Made by a program: the position numbers and the translations under genes
The notes under the pieces: generated by a model
Seen by the model: only the letters and a program-made list of their open reading frames with translations
Told to the model about the DNA's origin: nothing
Databases searched by the model: none
Shown here: in pieces, positions 9,050 to 17,947 of the stretch
Position numbering within the stretch: position 1 is the stretch's first letter
Layout of the letters: each line of letters begins with the position of its first letter
Sequence record: MT446416.1
Direction: 5' to 3' (one strand)
Source: Escherichia virus TH47
DNA: 64,000 bases

Positions 9050-9343
9050 TTAGTCCTTTAATGTACCATTGTGTAAACGATTATACACATCATTGCGACG
9101 CAACGCAACAATATCTTCAGCGTACTTCATTGTAAACGCCCATGCTTTTGGATGCACATTAAGCTTCATACGAATGCGATTCTTCATCAATTCACCGCTT
9201 AGGCGAACAAACTCATGAACACCACGACTTCCGTACTCTGAAATCAAATCATTGATGTACATGTTGCGAAGGGTTTCGTCTGTACATTCTTTAACCATTT
9301 CTACGTCTGCCACGATGCTTGCATTTACTGAAGTACTGATCAT
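9050..9343 (-). CDS. hypothetical protein (97 aa)
   Basis: ORF track. Confidence 0.6.
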   Translation of the reverse strand: MISTSVNASIVADVEMVKECTDETLRNMYINDLISEYGSRGVHEFVRLSGELMKNRIRMKLNVHPKAWAFTMKYAEDIVALRRNDVYNRLHNGTLKD

Positions 9344-9355
9344 TTTTAAGTTACC

Positions 9356-9622
9356 TTATTTGAATTGGACTGTAATTTTATCACCTTCAACTACGAACTT
9401 ACAGTCGTAGCGACGGGCCATATCCATATACATATGCTCAGAATACCACGGAACATCAATATCAGGATGCTCTGCGTATTGTAGCACTTCACGGTCACCA
9501 ACAGTAGTGATGACGAAAGGAATGTTCATCTCTCGCAAAAACAACTCAGCACCTGGTGAACGATTGACAAACTCAGTGTCGTTACGCAAAGTAAAACCAT
9601 TGTATTGTAATTTAAGCTTCAT
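9356..9622 (-). CDS. hypothetical protein (88 aa)
   Basis: ORF track. Confidence 0.6.
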   Translation of the reverse strand: MKLKLQYNGFTLRNDTEFVNRSPGAELFLREMNIPFVITTVGDREVLQYAEHPDIDVPWYSEHMYMDMARRYDCKFVVEGDKITVQFK

Positions 9623-9636
9623 GATTATCCTCTAAG

Positions 9637-9981
9637 TTAATACCATTCTTTTAAACCATCAAGTTCGGCTATGTGAGTAATTATAACACAGATCACACTG
9701 AGGTCAAGCATTATTTGCTCATAATTTAATTTTATTCTATCATCATTGTATGCTCTAAAAACAACATCAAAGTCGAAGTAGTTATCGTTTTCATCATTCA
9801 TTGGAATGATTCTATATCTACGCCTACCATCATCATTGAATACAGTTAAACACTGTTTAAATTTCTTCATTATCTGTGTATTCAATGCATTGTAATATGC
9901 AACATCATATTGTGTACAACGTGGGTCATTGGGTAGATAAAACGATACAAATTTTTTTAATTCTATTTGAGTCTTATCCAT
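9637..9981 (-). CDS. hypothetical protein (114 aa)
   Basis: Start re-picked at MDKTQ, overlapping the upstream stop (TATGGATAA). Confidence 0.6.
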   Translation of the reverse strand: MDKTQIELKKFVSFYLPNDPRCTQYDVAYYNALNTQIMKKFKQCLTVFNDDGRRRYRIIPMNDENDNYFDFDVVFRAYNDDRIKLNYEQIMLDLSVICVIITHIAELDGLKEWY

Positions 9982-10414
9982 ATACAGCCTCATGTATTAC
10001 TCTTTTACTTTGGCGGTACTCATCCTTTGCTTCTTTCACTGACATGATACGAACCAGTTTAGCACTACCACAATAGTACTGAACCTGACTACGACCAATG
10101 TCAACATGATTATCAGGAACTTCATATACTGATACAGCAAACCCTGCACGATGTAATTTACCCAAGTCCATAGTAAAGAACTTAAACAAATCATTCAAAC
10201 TCTGACAGCCAAATGCCCAGCCACGTTTGATTGAATAGATTCCATCTTCAGTTGGTTCTGGTTGGAATTGCGAAGGCGTGGTCATGCACAAACGGTCAAA
10301 TCCATTTTTAGTACTGTATCGTGAAGAGTACCGTGCGAACGGACCTACTGTTTTTGCTGGATCTAAGTTAGGTTCAATATAACTGAATTTAAGTTCAAAA
10401 CGATATACGTACAT
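9974..10414 (-). CDS. hypothetical protein (146 aa)
   Basis: ORF track. Confidence 0.7.
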   Translation of the reverse strand: MYVYRFELKFSYIEPNLDPAKTVGPFARYSSRYSTKNGFDRLCMTTPSQFQPEPTEDGIYSIKRGWAFGCQSLNDLFKFFTMDLGKLHRAGFAVSVYEVPDNHVDIGRSQVQYYCGSAKLVRIMSVKEAKDEYRQSKRVIHEAVYG

Positions 10415-10451
10415 AATTAAAATCCCCAGTATTTGATGAAATAATTATAAC

Positions 10452-10476
10452 AAAAAAGGCTGACCGAAGTCAACCT
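10452..10476 (-). terminator. intrinsic terminator (cassette copy 4)
   Basis: AGGUUGAC-UUCG-GUCAGCCU plus a U run; the stop codon of gene 10470-10661 lies inside the stem. Confidence 0.75.
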
Positions 10477-10661
10477 TTATTTTGAAGTTCTTGAACTAAT
10501 TGTCGTACTTCTTTGATGTTATGACACTGCTTTACAGTGAAGTAATCATACTTACGACCATAGGTTCTTGGGTCATCACCTTCCATATACTGCTGCACAT
10601 CAAAGATTTGTAAGTAGGGATGCTGCATAACACGAATGTTATCACATTGATAAATCAACAT
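10470..10661 (-). CDS. hypothetical protein (63 aa)
   Basis: Start re-picked at MLIYQ (GAGGA SD 8 nt upstream); alternative ATG at 10676. Confidence 0.5.
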   Translation of the reverse strand: MLIYQCDNIRVMQHPYLQIFDVQQYMEGDDPRTYGRKYDYFTVKQCHNIKEVRQLVQELQNKG

Positions 10662-10665
10662 ATGT

Positions 10666-11016
10666 TTAGTCCTCATATTTACACAAGCCACCGAATGTTG
10701 CCTGTTTTGCTGCCTTACGCATCATCACAAGTTTAACATACTGTTCGCCATTACTTTCTTCATATACATCAACTTGAAGAAATGCAAGCATATTGGGATC
10801 AGTATCATTCGAGTACTGCGTAAAACTAATGTCACCTACAGTATGTTCTTTAACAAAATTATACACTTCACCGTCGATATAAACGATAGTATGGTCATCG
10901 CTATCACCTTGGTAAATGTGTTTAATATCACCTTCAGTACAGACTAGTCCAGGTAATGGTTCTGCATAAGACATACCACACACAATCATACAAACAAAAA
11001 ACAAAATTACTTTCAT
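10666..11016 (-). CDS. secreted protein (116 aa), paralog of 11407-11772
   Basis: Signal peptide MKVILFFVCMIVCGMSYA; shares ..IVYIDGEVYNF.. versus ..IVVDNEVYRF.. Confidence 0.65.
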   Translation of the reverse strand: MKVILFFVCMIVCGMSYAEPLPGLVCTEGDIKHIYQGDSDDHTIVYIDGEVYNFVKEHTVGDISFTQYSNDTDPNMLAFLQVDVYEESNGEQYVKLVMMRKAAKQATFGGLCKYED

Positions 11017-11396
11017 GATTTGTTTCCTTTGGATAAAATTGATTTCTTCACTTTGTACTGCTTGTAGTTATTATACCAAACATCGGTTACATAAATCAAG
11101 TACCAAAGTGATGGATATAATGCTAGACCAATAAAAACTGAAAAAATACTTGTATTAATAAAATCAATACAGTACAGTGTAAATGCAAAGATTAGAATAC
11201 CAATGGTAATCATACTAGCTGTATATGGTACACTATCAGATGCAAACCATGAATCAATCTTACTAATTAAAGTATACTTTCCAGTACTAACAGCATAAAC
11301 AATTGCTACTATACCAAATAATGCCATTGAAATAGTTATTACTGAGTTAATAAGAATCGGAGTAATTAATACATAAAGCATTACATCGTTTATCAT
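11013..11396 (-). CDS. multi-pass membrane protein (127 aa)
   Basis: ORF track; four hydrophobic segments. Confidence 0.65.
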   Translation of the reverse strand: MINDVMLYVLITPILINSVITISMALFGIVAIVYAVSTGKYTLISKIDSWFASDSVPYTASMITIGILIFAFTLYCIDFINTSIFSVFIGLALYPSLWYLIYVTDVWYNNYKQYKVKKSILSKGNKS

Positions 11397-11406
11397 TTGT
11401 TATACC

Positions 11407-11772
11407 TTAAAGTTCACAATGAATATTCAATTTATCAATATCCTGATCGCGTTTGTTCGACGAATCTTGATAAATGTCTATGTAAATATCCCCATCCTTT
11501 GTCTTGGGGTCCACTATCAATATTACATTTGCTATTATACCAGCATCTGATTTATATGTCGATACCTTTTTATTCCCAATCAAACTCTCGGCCCTGAAAC
11601 GGTAAACCTCATTATCTACGACAATATTGTTTCCATTTTGTGGGTCATTAGAAAGTACATGCCATGTTCCATCGTTTCCCATACAATCAAGGGAAGCAGG
11701 TACGGCTGTACTGAACCTTGAATAAAGCATGAATACTACAAACACCATTATCATTCTTATATATTTTTTCAT
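11407..11772 (-). CDS. secreted protein (121 aa), paralog of 10666-11016
   Basis: Signal peptide MKKYIRMIMVFVVFMLYSRFSTA. Confidence 0.65.
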   Translation of the reverse strand: MKKYIRMIMVFVVFMLYSRFSTAVPASLDCMGNDGTWHVLSNDPQNGNNIVVDNEVYRFRAESLIGNKKVSTYKSDAGIIANVILIVDPKTKDGDIYIDIYQDSSNKRDQDIDKLNIHCEL

Positions 11773-11850
11773 TATAACCTCTAACGAGTAATACTTCTAT
11801 ACAAATAATATGTACAGAAGTATTTAATACTATTAGAGAATTTTTGAACG

Positions 11851-12177
11851 TTACTTCTTGCTAGTTAGTTTTTCTTTCAGGATATCAATCCAAATGGAAA
11901 CTTTACCAGCAAACAATGCATTAGCAAACCATACAATTCCAACAATGTTCTCAACTAAATTCATAATTGAAACAAAAGGTCCAATTGGGAATACAAAACT
12001 TACTAACCATGACAGTACTGAAATAAGTACTACAACAAAGAAGATTCGTGCAATAGGTGAGTCTAGCATAAACAACTCACGAAACTCATCACGCTCGGTT
12101 TCGTCTTTAATGAAGAATTCGAAAACCATAACCAATAACAGAATTAGAGCAGGAATTGAAATTAGAACTGATAACAT
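11851..12177 (-). CDS. membrane protein (108 aa)
   Basis: ORF track; hydrophobic. The antisense ORF 11858-12205 is rejected. Confidence 0.6.
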   Translation of the reverse strand: MLSVLISIPALILLLVMVFEFFIKDETERDEFRELFMLDSPIARIFFVVVLISVLSWLVSFVFPIGPFVSIMNLVENIVGIVWFANALFAGKVSIWIDILKEKLTSKK

Positions 12178-12224
12178 GTTTTATATCCTCAAGTTTAAGT
12201 GTTAAGTTTCAGACTACAAGAACC

Positions 12225-12252
12225 ATTATACAGTACTACGAACGTTTGTCAA
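12225..12252 (-). promoter_or_regulatory. sigma70-like promoter
   Basis: TTGACA-aacgttcgtagtactg-TATAAT on the minus strand (16-nt spacer). Confidence 0.55.
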
Positions 12253-12478
12253 CATTTGTTTCTTCAATAAGCATAAGATAACTTAACACGAAGAGTAATA
12301 CAGATACAATGTCAATAACGGTGAAGCTTACTGGAATGATAATAGACACTAGAACGAGTGCCACGTTTAGCAAGAATACAGTAGTGATATCTACCAGCTT
12401 TCGTTTAGTGGCTACTGCTACTAGTGTAGGGTAGAACATAAACAATAATGCAACTACAAAACTCAATACTAGATACAT
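12236..12478 (-). CDS. small membrane protein (80 aa)
   Basis: ORF track; three hydrophobic segments. Confidence 0.6.
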   Translation of the reverse strand: MYLVLSFVVALLFMFYPTLVAVATKRKLVDITTVFLLNVALVLVSIIIPVSFTVIDIVSVLLFVLSYLMLIEETNVDKRS

Positions 12479-13131
12479 TTCTTTTTCACCTTAAGAAAAT
12501 TATAACATAAAACAACCTCAACATCTGGCTCATCATACAAGTACTCAAAGCGTTCTTTACTACGCTTAGTACCGATGTACTCACCATTCTTATGCCAACG
12601 CCACCCACCACTCTCTGGTTGGTCAGACTTCAGTACTGGATGATAGCACATGACAATTTCTTCTGGACCTTCAATAAGGTTCTTGTACTTCGTCAAAATC
12701 TGTTCAAGCGTATCTGCTACACCATAAGATGGGTGCATAAGATAAGACTCAGGACGTGGACGACCACTTGGCAGAATGTCATCAGTACTATTAAAGATAG
12801 CACGGAAGTCTTCTGACGTGTATAAACTTCCATCTTCATGGATCATTGGATATTCATCCACTACATCATAATCAGTGAAGTGCTCGATGGCATGTTCAGG
12901 TCTGTAACCTGCGAGAATACCTGTATGTTTCGTCTGTACAATAGTCATAACAGATGTACTATTGTTTACATTAGGATCATGAATCTCAGCCCAAAAAGGA
13001 TGATGAGGATCAAATGTAGCATTAACTAAAGTACAATCACCAATGTAGTCGAAATTAGTTTCTTTAAAGTTCAAAGAAACACCACGCAATGCCCAATCAG
13101 GAGAAGTGATGAAATTAAGATTTACTAACAT
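12469..13131 (-). CDS. hypothetical protein (220 aa)
   Basis: ORF track; antisense ORFs inside are rejected. Confidence 0.75.
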   Translation of the reverse strand: MLVNLNFITSPDWALRGVSLNFKETNFDYIGDCTLVNATFDPHHPFWAEIHDPNVNNSTSVMTIVQTKHTGILAGYRPEHAIEHFTDYDVVDEYPMIHEDGSLYTSEDFRAIFNSTDDILPSGRPRPESYLMHPSYGVADTLEQILTKYKNLIEGPEEIVMCYHPVLKSDQPESGGWRWHKNGEYIGTKRSKERFEYLYDEPDVEVVLCYNFLKVKKKCI

Positions 13132-13164
13132 AGTATCCTCAGTTGCAGTTGTTTTTTGATGTAG

Positions 13165-13380
13165 TTATTGTATCAGAGACGTGTCAATTTGTACAACATT
13201 TATTGTAACTATTTCGTACATATATTCAATTGCATTGAACTCTGCATACCACTCTACAATCTCACAAGCAGCATCAACTTGGTTTTTCGCATTAACACGT
13301 CTGGCATAGGTGCTGCTCATTTTGAATCTACCATATTCATAGACATTGTAGACACCATGACACCACCACATCTTAGTCAT
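13165..13380 (-). CDS. hypothetical protein (71 aa)
   Basis: Start re-picked at MTKMWW, overlapping the upstream stop (ATTAATGACTAA). Confidence 0.5.
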   Translation of the reverse strand: MTKMWWCHGVYNVYEYGRFKMSSTYARRVNAKNQVDAACEIVEWYAEFNAIEYMYEIVTINVVQIDTSLIQ

Positions 13381-13591
13381 TAATGCTAGGCCATACAGTG
13401 AATTGTAAGTCTTGGTATTCAAATTTACCAATATCATTCTTCTTACGGAATGATTCTTCAACCTGAATTTCTGCGTCGTACTGACCATCGGCCTTTACTA
13501 CGTACTTAAAATTTTCTACATGTGAAAAACGATACCCTTCTCCGTCTTGCTTGGATACTTGTACTGACCCTTCAACTAGATATAAATTCAT
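13373..13591 (-). CDS. hypothetical protein (72 aa)
   Basis: ORF track. Confidence 0.55.
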   Translation of the reverse strand: MNLYLVEGSVQVSKQDGEGYRFSHVENFKYVVKADGQYDAEIQVEESFRKKNDIGKFEYQDLQFTVWPSIND

Positions 13592-13594
13592 TTG

Positions 13595-13816
13595 TCATTC
13601 TCCATCATATTCTGTGAGTATTACACTATGTACTGTTTCAACATAGCGTTGTGTTTTTGGTGTGTTGTACTTAGTTACTTCATCAAACAATTTAAATAGA
13701 GCATGTGTGGGGCTTAATGCACGAACAAATACATCAATCTTCTGAACTTCTTTCTTATAACCACGTACATTATTAAACTCAGATACATGCTCATAAACAA
13801 TGTAGTAACGATTCAT
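13595..13816 (-). CDS. hypothetical protein (73 aa)
   Basis: ORF track. Confidence 0.55.
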   Translation of the reverse strand: MNRYYIVYEHVSEFNNVRGYKKEVQKIDVFVRALSPTHALFKLFDEVTKYNTPKTQRYVETVHSVILTEYDGE

Positions 13817-14328
13817 ATATTAAGTAGTTCCATAAATTCATCGATCAAGGAAGTTCTAATGCACATAACAAATTCAAAATCAACATCGATAGTATCGAGT
13901 AGTTTGAACAACTTTGGTACATTTGGATCATTCAACTGGAAGTTATGAATCAAGCTCTGTTGAAACACACTTTCTTCAGTACTGTAATCAATAACAAAAT
14001 ATTCAGCTACACCTGGTGGTGAATAAACATCATATAATATCTGACGTTTATTGTGTGTTTCTGAACCAGGACAATATATAAGTTCTATTTCATACGAACC
14101 TGCCGAGGATCTATCATAAAACACAATTTCAGTACTGATTATTTCACTACCATCACTACGTTCATAAAAACATACATCGGCATATCGTTTACCATTGGGC
14201 TTCAAAATCTCATGAGTTGTTTTACCATAACATTTATCAGTTTCAATGTGAATTTTGTCTTGATATTCAGAACGTCTTACATCATTTCCACGATTAAACA
14301 ATAAGATTAACAACTCATTAATATCCAT
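13813..14328 (-). CDS. hypothetical protein (171 aa)
   Basis: ORF track; ATGA-type overlaps on both sides. Confidence 0.7.
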   Translation of the reverse strand: MDINELLILLFNRGNDVRRSEYQDKIHIETDKCYGKTTHEILKPNGKRYADVCFYERSDGSEIISTEIVFYDRSSAGSYEIELIYCPGSETHNKRQILYDVYSPPGVAEYFVIDYSTEESVFQQSLIHNFQLNDPNVPKLFKLLDTIDVDFEFVMCIRTSLIDEFMELLNI

Positions 14329-14528
14329 TATTTCGCCTCAATGACTTTAAGGTTAACGAAATCACCTTTTACTTTCATGCATTTGAATTCAGTGCGAGTT
14401 TCATCCCCACTATCGCGAGGCCAATGAGTAGCAGAGTAGCACTGGTCTGGTGTTTTATATACACCTTCACCAATAGTACGAGTGATTTCACCATTGGTGA
14501 GAACTACTGCGAGATATAAAGTAAACAT
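14328..14528 (-). CDS. hypothetical protein (66 aa)
   Basis: Start re-picked at MFTLYLAVV; the track N-terminus overlaps another small ORF. Confidence 0.5.
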   Translation of the reverse strand: MFTLYLAVVLTNGEITRTIGEGVYKTPDQCYSATHWPRDSGDETRTEFKCMKVKGDFVNLKVIEAK

Positions 14529-14538
14529 GATATTCGCC

Positions 14539-14682
14539 TTAGAATAATTTATTAATAATAGCACCCACCGCAAGAACTGCAATAATTACAGATACCCACA
14601 TTACTGCATTCACTGTACCAGTTAGTTCTTTATCAAACTCCCTGCACTTCTTACGGTACTCTTCCCACTCTTTGTTATTCAC
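14539..14682 (-). CDS. possible 47-aa C-terminally membrane-anchored peptide (GTG start)
   Basis: Hand translation (V/M)NNKEWEEYRKKCREFDKELTGTVNAVMWVSVIIAVLAVGAIINKLF; GGAG SD; GTGA overlap with the upstream stop. Confidence 0.35.
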   Translation of the reverse strand: MNNKEWEEYRKKCREFDKELTGTVNAVMWVSVIIAVLAVGAIINKLF

Positions 14683-14894
14683 ACTGCCGCTCCTAATAGG
14701 TCGGTAGCTTTCTTCAGTACTACGTCAATGGTTTCCAGTACTGCACCTTTGTGTTCAATTGATACAATATTATTATAAGTATCAAGGTCCAAGTACTCCA
14801 TATATTCAGTTTTGAATACACGAACATCAGTACTGGTGATTTTAAGATCGCAACCTTTATCCCAGATGACCTGCATCATTTCATTGGTAGTCAT
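14679..14894 (-). CDS. hypothetical protein (71 aa)
   Basis: ORF track. Confidence 0.55.
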   Translation of the reverse strand: MTTNEMMQVIWDKGCDLKITSTDVRVFKTEYMEYLDLDTYNNIVSIEHKGAVLETIDVVLKKATDLLGAAV

Positions 14895-15169
14895 TATTCA
14901 ACCTTATCATAAACAAGTTTGTGTGTACTTATTACTTTGTTGAGGTGTCCTGGACAATCATATACATACAGACGCTCCTGACGTTTTTCCCAACTCCCAC
15001 AAATACGTCCTGCTTGTGTACATATTTCATATTCGTTAATAAAAGACTTACCTGTGAATGTACAATCCTGACGAACTAAGTCTTTTGCACTAAACCTGCC
15101 GTCATCATTACATGCTGTAAGAAACATTGTACAGAATACAAAGACAACAGTCAATAGTTTTTTAATCAT
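14894..15169 (-). CDS. putative lipoprotein (91 aa)
   Basis: MIKKLLTVVFVFCTMFLTAC: signal peptide with lipobox-like LTAC. Confidence 0.6.
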   Translation of the reverse strand: MIKKLLTVVFVFCTMFLTACNDDGRFSAKDLVRQDCTFTGKSFINEYEICTQAGRICGSWEKRQERLYVYDCPGHLNKVISTHKLVYDKVE

Positions 15170-15534
15170 TGAACATCACCCCAACGGAAGCCATTCATAT
15201 AATTTAAATTCACCTCAACGAGTTCATGTGTTTTTGTACACCAAATTGACAGAGTTTTTGTAAAATCACCTGGTGAACTTTCATATTTCACACAATATCC
15301 TTCGATACGGAGAACCGAATGAGTCCATAATTCCCACTCAATCCAAATTTCATTTGGGTGATATACAATATCTTCGTTTAACTTGTGATATTCATCCAGT
15401 GGAAGCTGTGTAGTGATATCAATATATTTTACATTTCGACTGAGTTTTTCAAGCTGATATCGTGTATTAGCTAGATATTCTTCGTCATTCAGACGAGTTA
15501 ATAAACCTGCTGCACGGGTTGTATCAAGACTCAT
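15166..15534 (-). CDS. hypothetical protein (122 aa)
   Basis: ORF track. Confidence 0.65.
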   Translation of the reverse strand: MSLDTTRAAGLLTRLNDEEYLANTRYQLEKLSRNVKYIDITTQLPLDEYHKLNEDIVYHPNEIWIEWELWTHSVLRIEGYCVKYESSPGDFTKTLSIWCTKTHELVEVNLNYMNGFRWGDVQ

Positions 15535-15536
15535 TG

Positions 15537-15782
15537 TTATTCTCCATGAACCACAGATGTATCCACGCGAACTGTACCACTCATATAAGACGTAGTAGTG
15601 TTTGCATTAGGGCAATAAACTGTATACAAGGTTACGCCAGAACCATCCTTTTGCATACGATAAATCTTACATCCTGCTTCTTGTAATTCAATAGGGAGAA
15701 TAAAATCACTTGTGCGTTCTTTGGTTGAAGCGTCACATGCAGTGAGTAAAAATGCAACGAGTACTGCTACGATATATTTCAT
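15537..15782 (-). CDS. putative lipoprotein (81 aa)
   Basis: MKYIVAVLVAFLLTAC: lipobox-like LTAC. Confidence 0.6.
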   Translation of the reverse strand: MKYIVAVLVAFLLTACDASTKERTSDFILPIELQEAGCKIYRMQKDGSGVTLYTVYCPNANTTTSYMSGTVRVDTSVVHGE

Positions 15783-16090
15783 TAACGAACCTCCACTTCT
15801 TGAGAAAGAGCATGAGTCAGTGCATTTGAATTCGAACCATTCATTTCATGCTGACATACAAACATAATGGCATCTTGTACTGAACCTGCGATTTCATACT
15901 CACGACCTTCAGGATCAGTTACCAGGTGTTCAACGATGCAACCACCACTAAGTACAGAAGCACCAGTACTTACACTAATTCTGTAACCTAAAAAATCAAA
16001 CTGCATACATGCGTCAGTAGGTTTCATCCAATAACCGCTGTTTTGATTCAAATCGATGATTACAAAACCTTGAGTGTTAGTTTGAAACAT
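15782..16090 (-). CDS. hypothetical protein (102 aa)
   Basis: ORF track; first gene after promoter 16184-16211. Confidence 0.65.
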   Translation of the reverse strand: MFQTNTQGFVIIDLNQNSGYWMKPTDACMQFDFLGYRISVSTGASVLSGGCIVEHLVTDPEGREYEIAGSVQDAIMFVCQHEMNGSNSNALTHALSQEVEVR

Positions 16091-16119
16091 AGTTAATTCC
16101 TCATTTAATTTAAAAGGGC

Positions 16120-16171
16120 GGGAACGCAGTGACGAGTACGATTATGCTGTCTTTCCTTTCACTGCATTCCC
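16120..16171 (-). promoter_or_regulatory. 13-bp stem-loop in the 5' leader of gene 15782-16090
   Basis: Minus RNA GGGAAUGCAGUGA-(26 nt)-UCACUGCGUUCCC, then GCCCUUUUAAAUU. It lies between the predicted TSS and the SD. Confidence 0.45.
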
Positions 16172-16183
16172 TTTGATATAAAC

Positions 16184-16211
16184 ATTATACAGTACTGATA
16201 TCTTATGTCAA
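16184..16211 (-). promoter_or_regulatory. sigma70-like promoter
   Basis: TTGACA-taagatatcagtactg-TATAAT on the minus strand. Confidence 0.6.
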
Positions 16212-16214
16212 GTA

Positions 16215-16298
16215 TTAATCACCAAAAATCATCAGATACCCAAACCAACCCACACAGACGACTAAGCTAACAATACCAAAGACAATCTCTAAAGTCAT
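16215..16298 (-). CDS. possible 27-aa hydrophobic peptide
   Basis: Hand translation MTLEIVFGIVSLVVCVGWFGYLMIFGD; AAGGA SD 7 nt upstream. Confidence 0.3.
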   Translation of the reverse strand: MTLEIVFGIVSLVVCVGWFGYLMIFGD

Positions 16299-16307
16299 GT
16301 TGCATCC

Positions 16308-16508
16308 TTAATCAAGGATTTTATATTCAATATGACCAAAGTATCCAGCCTCAAGGATGCGATTACCATCAGCATCTTCCAAATCCCACCCACGGGATGT
16401 TTCGGCAATAATAGTCATGATGTGACCTTTAGTGAAGGTTCCACTCATAGTGGATACATCCTCAAGTAATTGAACCTTCTTACCAACATTTGTATTTGAT
16501 TTAAACAT
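16308..16508 (-). CDS. hypothetical protein (66 aa)
   Basis: ORF track. Confidence 0.55.
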   Translation of the reverse strand: MFKSNTNVGKKVQLLEDVSTMSGTFTKGHIMTIIAETSRGWDLEDADGNRILEAGYFGHIEYKILD

Positions 16509-16517
16509 ACTTTACCC

Positions 16518-16700
16518 TTATTCGTTGATTACGTCAAGTACTTTGTCCAGTTTCTTACCAATACTATCCTTTGGTTTCTCACCATTCTGGAATACATTAG
16601 TACTGCAATACTCAGGACGGGTATTAGGGAACTTCTCGTTCATCCAGGAGTGACCATATACACCAAGAATGATACCTACGATAAGAATGATGATTTGCAT
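16518..16700 (-). CDS. small N-terminally anchored membrane protein (60 aa)
   Basis: MQIIILIVGIILGVYGHSW hydrophobic N-terminus. Confidence 0.5.
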   Translation of the reverse strand: MQIIILIVGIILGVYGHSWMNEKFPNTRPEYCSTNVFQNGEKPKDSIGKKLDKVLDVINE

Positions 16701-16714
16701 GATATATCCTCTAA

Positions 16715-17509
16715 TTAAATTACATACGGTTTATAGTAATGAATCTCGTTTGCGATTGCAGTGAAGACTTTATTATTAAATCTTTCACCATAATCACGAA
16801 GTGATTCACCTTCTTCGCTTTCAATGAAGTAATTATATACTGGTAGACGTGCGTTGTCAACACCTATAAATGATTTCATGTAAATTTGTACTAAACGATT
16901 CATTCCTTCATTTAAGCATTGCACCTCAAAGTGCTTGATACCTTTGTCTAAATGTTTGAATGCATTAATGATACCACGTTTAAAATCACGCTGCATAGTA
17001 CTGAATAAATTCTCAGGGAACACGGTAATAGGTGACATTGATTTAAGAATGTATGTATCTTTGGCATTCTTAATGTACTCAATAAAGCAGTAGTTAACGT
17101 CCGGCTCAATTGAACGATCCGCGTTATGATACCAGTGTTTAAACTCACTGTACTCAGCAAACTTATGCTGGCGTAATGCGTTACAATCCTCACACAGTGC
17201 AGTTATGTTCTCTTTATCATTACCGCCCTGGAGACAGTCCAGTACATTATGGTCTAACGTCATGCGTACAAGGCGTTTACCTTTAAGTACATAAGGTCTG
17301 AATTTATAACGGTCTTTAGTACTGTGCTTATGTAAAGTGAATACCACATTGGATTCACCACAACAATCACATTTAAAGCCATCACGTGACATTACATGAA
17401 TGAGTTTTCGAGTATTTGGGCCGAACTCAGATTTAGTAATGTTGCCGACAATTTCTGATGGGTCGTAGTATTTTGAATTCCGGCGAATCAATTCATCTAT
17501 AGTGCTCAT
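16715..17509 (-). CDS. HNH endonuclease (264 aa)
   Basis: CDCCGE...LTLDHNVLDCLQGGNDKENITALCEDCNALRQH: Cys pairs plus a D-H..N..N HNH core. Confidence 0.7.
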   Translation of the reverse strand: MSTIDELIRRNSKYYDPSEIVGNITKSEFGPNTRKLIHVMSRDGFKCDCCGESNVVFTLHKHSTKDRYKFRPYVLKGKRLVRMTLDHNVLDCLQGGNDKENITALCEDCNALRQHKFAEYSEFKHWYHNADRSIEPDVNYCFIEYIKNAKDTYILKSMSPITVFPENLFSTMQRDFKRGIINAFKHLDKGIKHFEVQCLNEGMNRLVQIYMKSFIGVDNARLPVYNYFIESEEGESLRDYGERFNNKVFTAIANEIHYYKPYVI

Positions 17510-17510
17510 T

Positions 17511-17741
17511 TTACATTAATCCTTCTATGCTACAACCAATAAGTACTTTTTTCACTTCAATAACTCGTACCAAATAGAATCCATTTGAAAAGTTAAAACT
17601 ATACATTTGTACTAAGGCATCTGCTTCAGATTTCGCACGGATACATGATAGATATAGTTCTCGTATATCGCCATCCAACGATGCTTGTTTCTCGTCATTG
17701 ATAACAATAGAACGAATCTCAAAACGAACACCATAACTCAT
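17511..17741 (-). CDS. hypothetical protein (76 aa)
   Basis: ORF track. Confidence 0.55.
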   Translation of the reverse strand: MSYGVRFEIRSIVINDEKQASLDGDIRELYLSCIRAKSEADALVQMYSFNFSNGFYLVRVIEVKKVLIGCSIEGLM

Positions 17742-17947
17742 TCTGTTTGTCCAACAATTAGTTTTTCTTTAGTATTACTATTGTAACACCACATTAATTC
17801 TTCACCAACTGTTCTAAGTGAAACGCTGTTTACTTGTTCATACGTACTGTCACGTACTGCAATGCATTGATTCATTGAATTCATTGGGGTGATTTGTACA
17901 CCAGATTGTGGTGAAAGAGCAATAATTAAAAAGATTACTGAATTCAT
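17738..17947 (-). CDS. secreted small protein (69 aa)
   Basis: Signal-peptide-like MNSVIFLIIALSPQSG. Confidence 0.5.
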   Translation of the reverse strand: MNSVIFLIIALSPQSGVQITPMNSMNQCIAVRDSTYEQVNSVSLRTVGEELMWCYNSNTKEKLIVGQTE

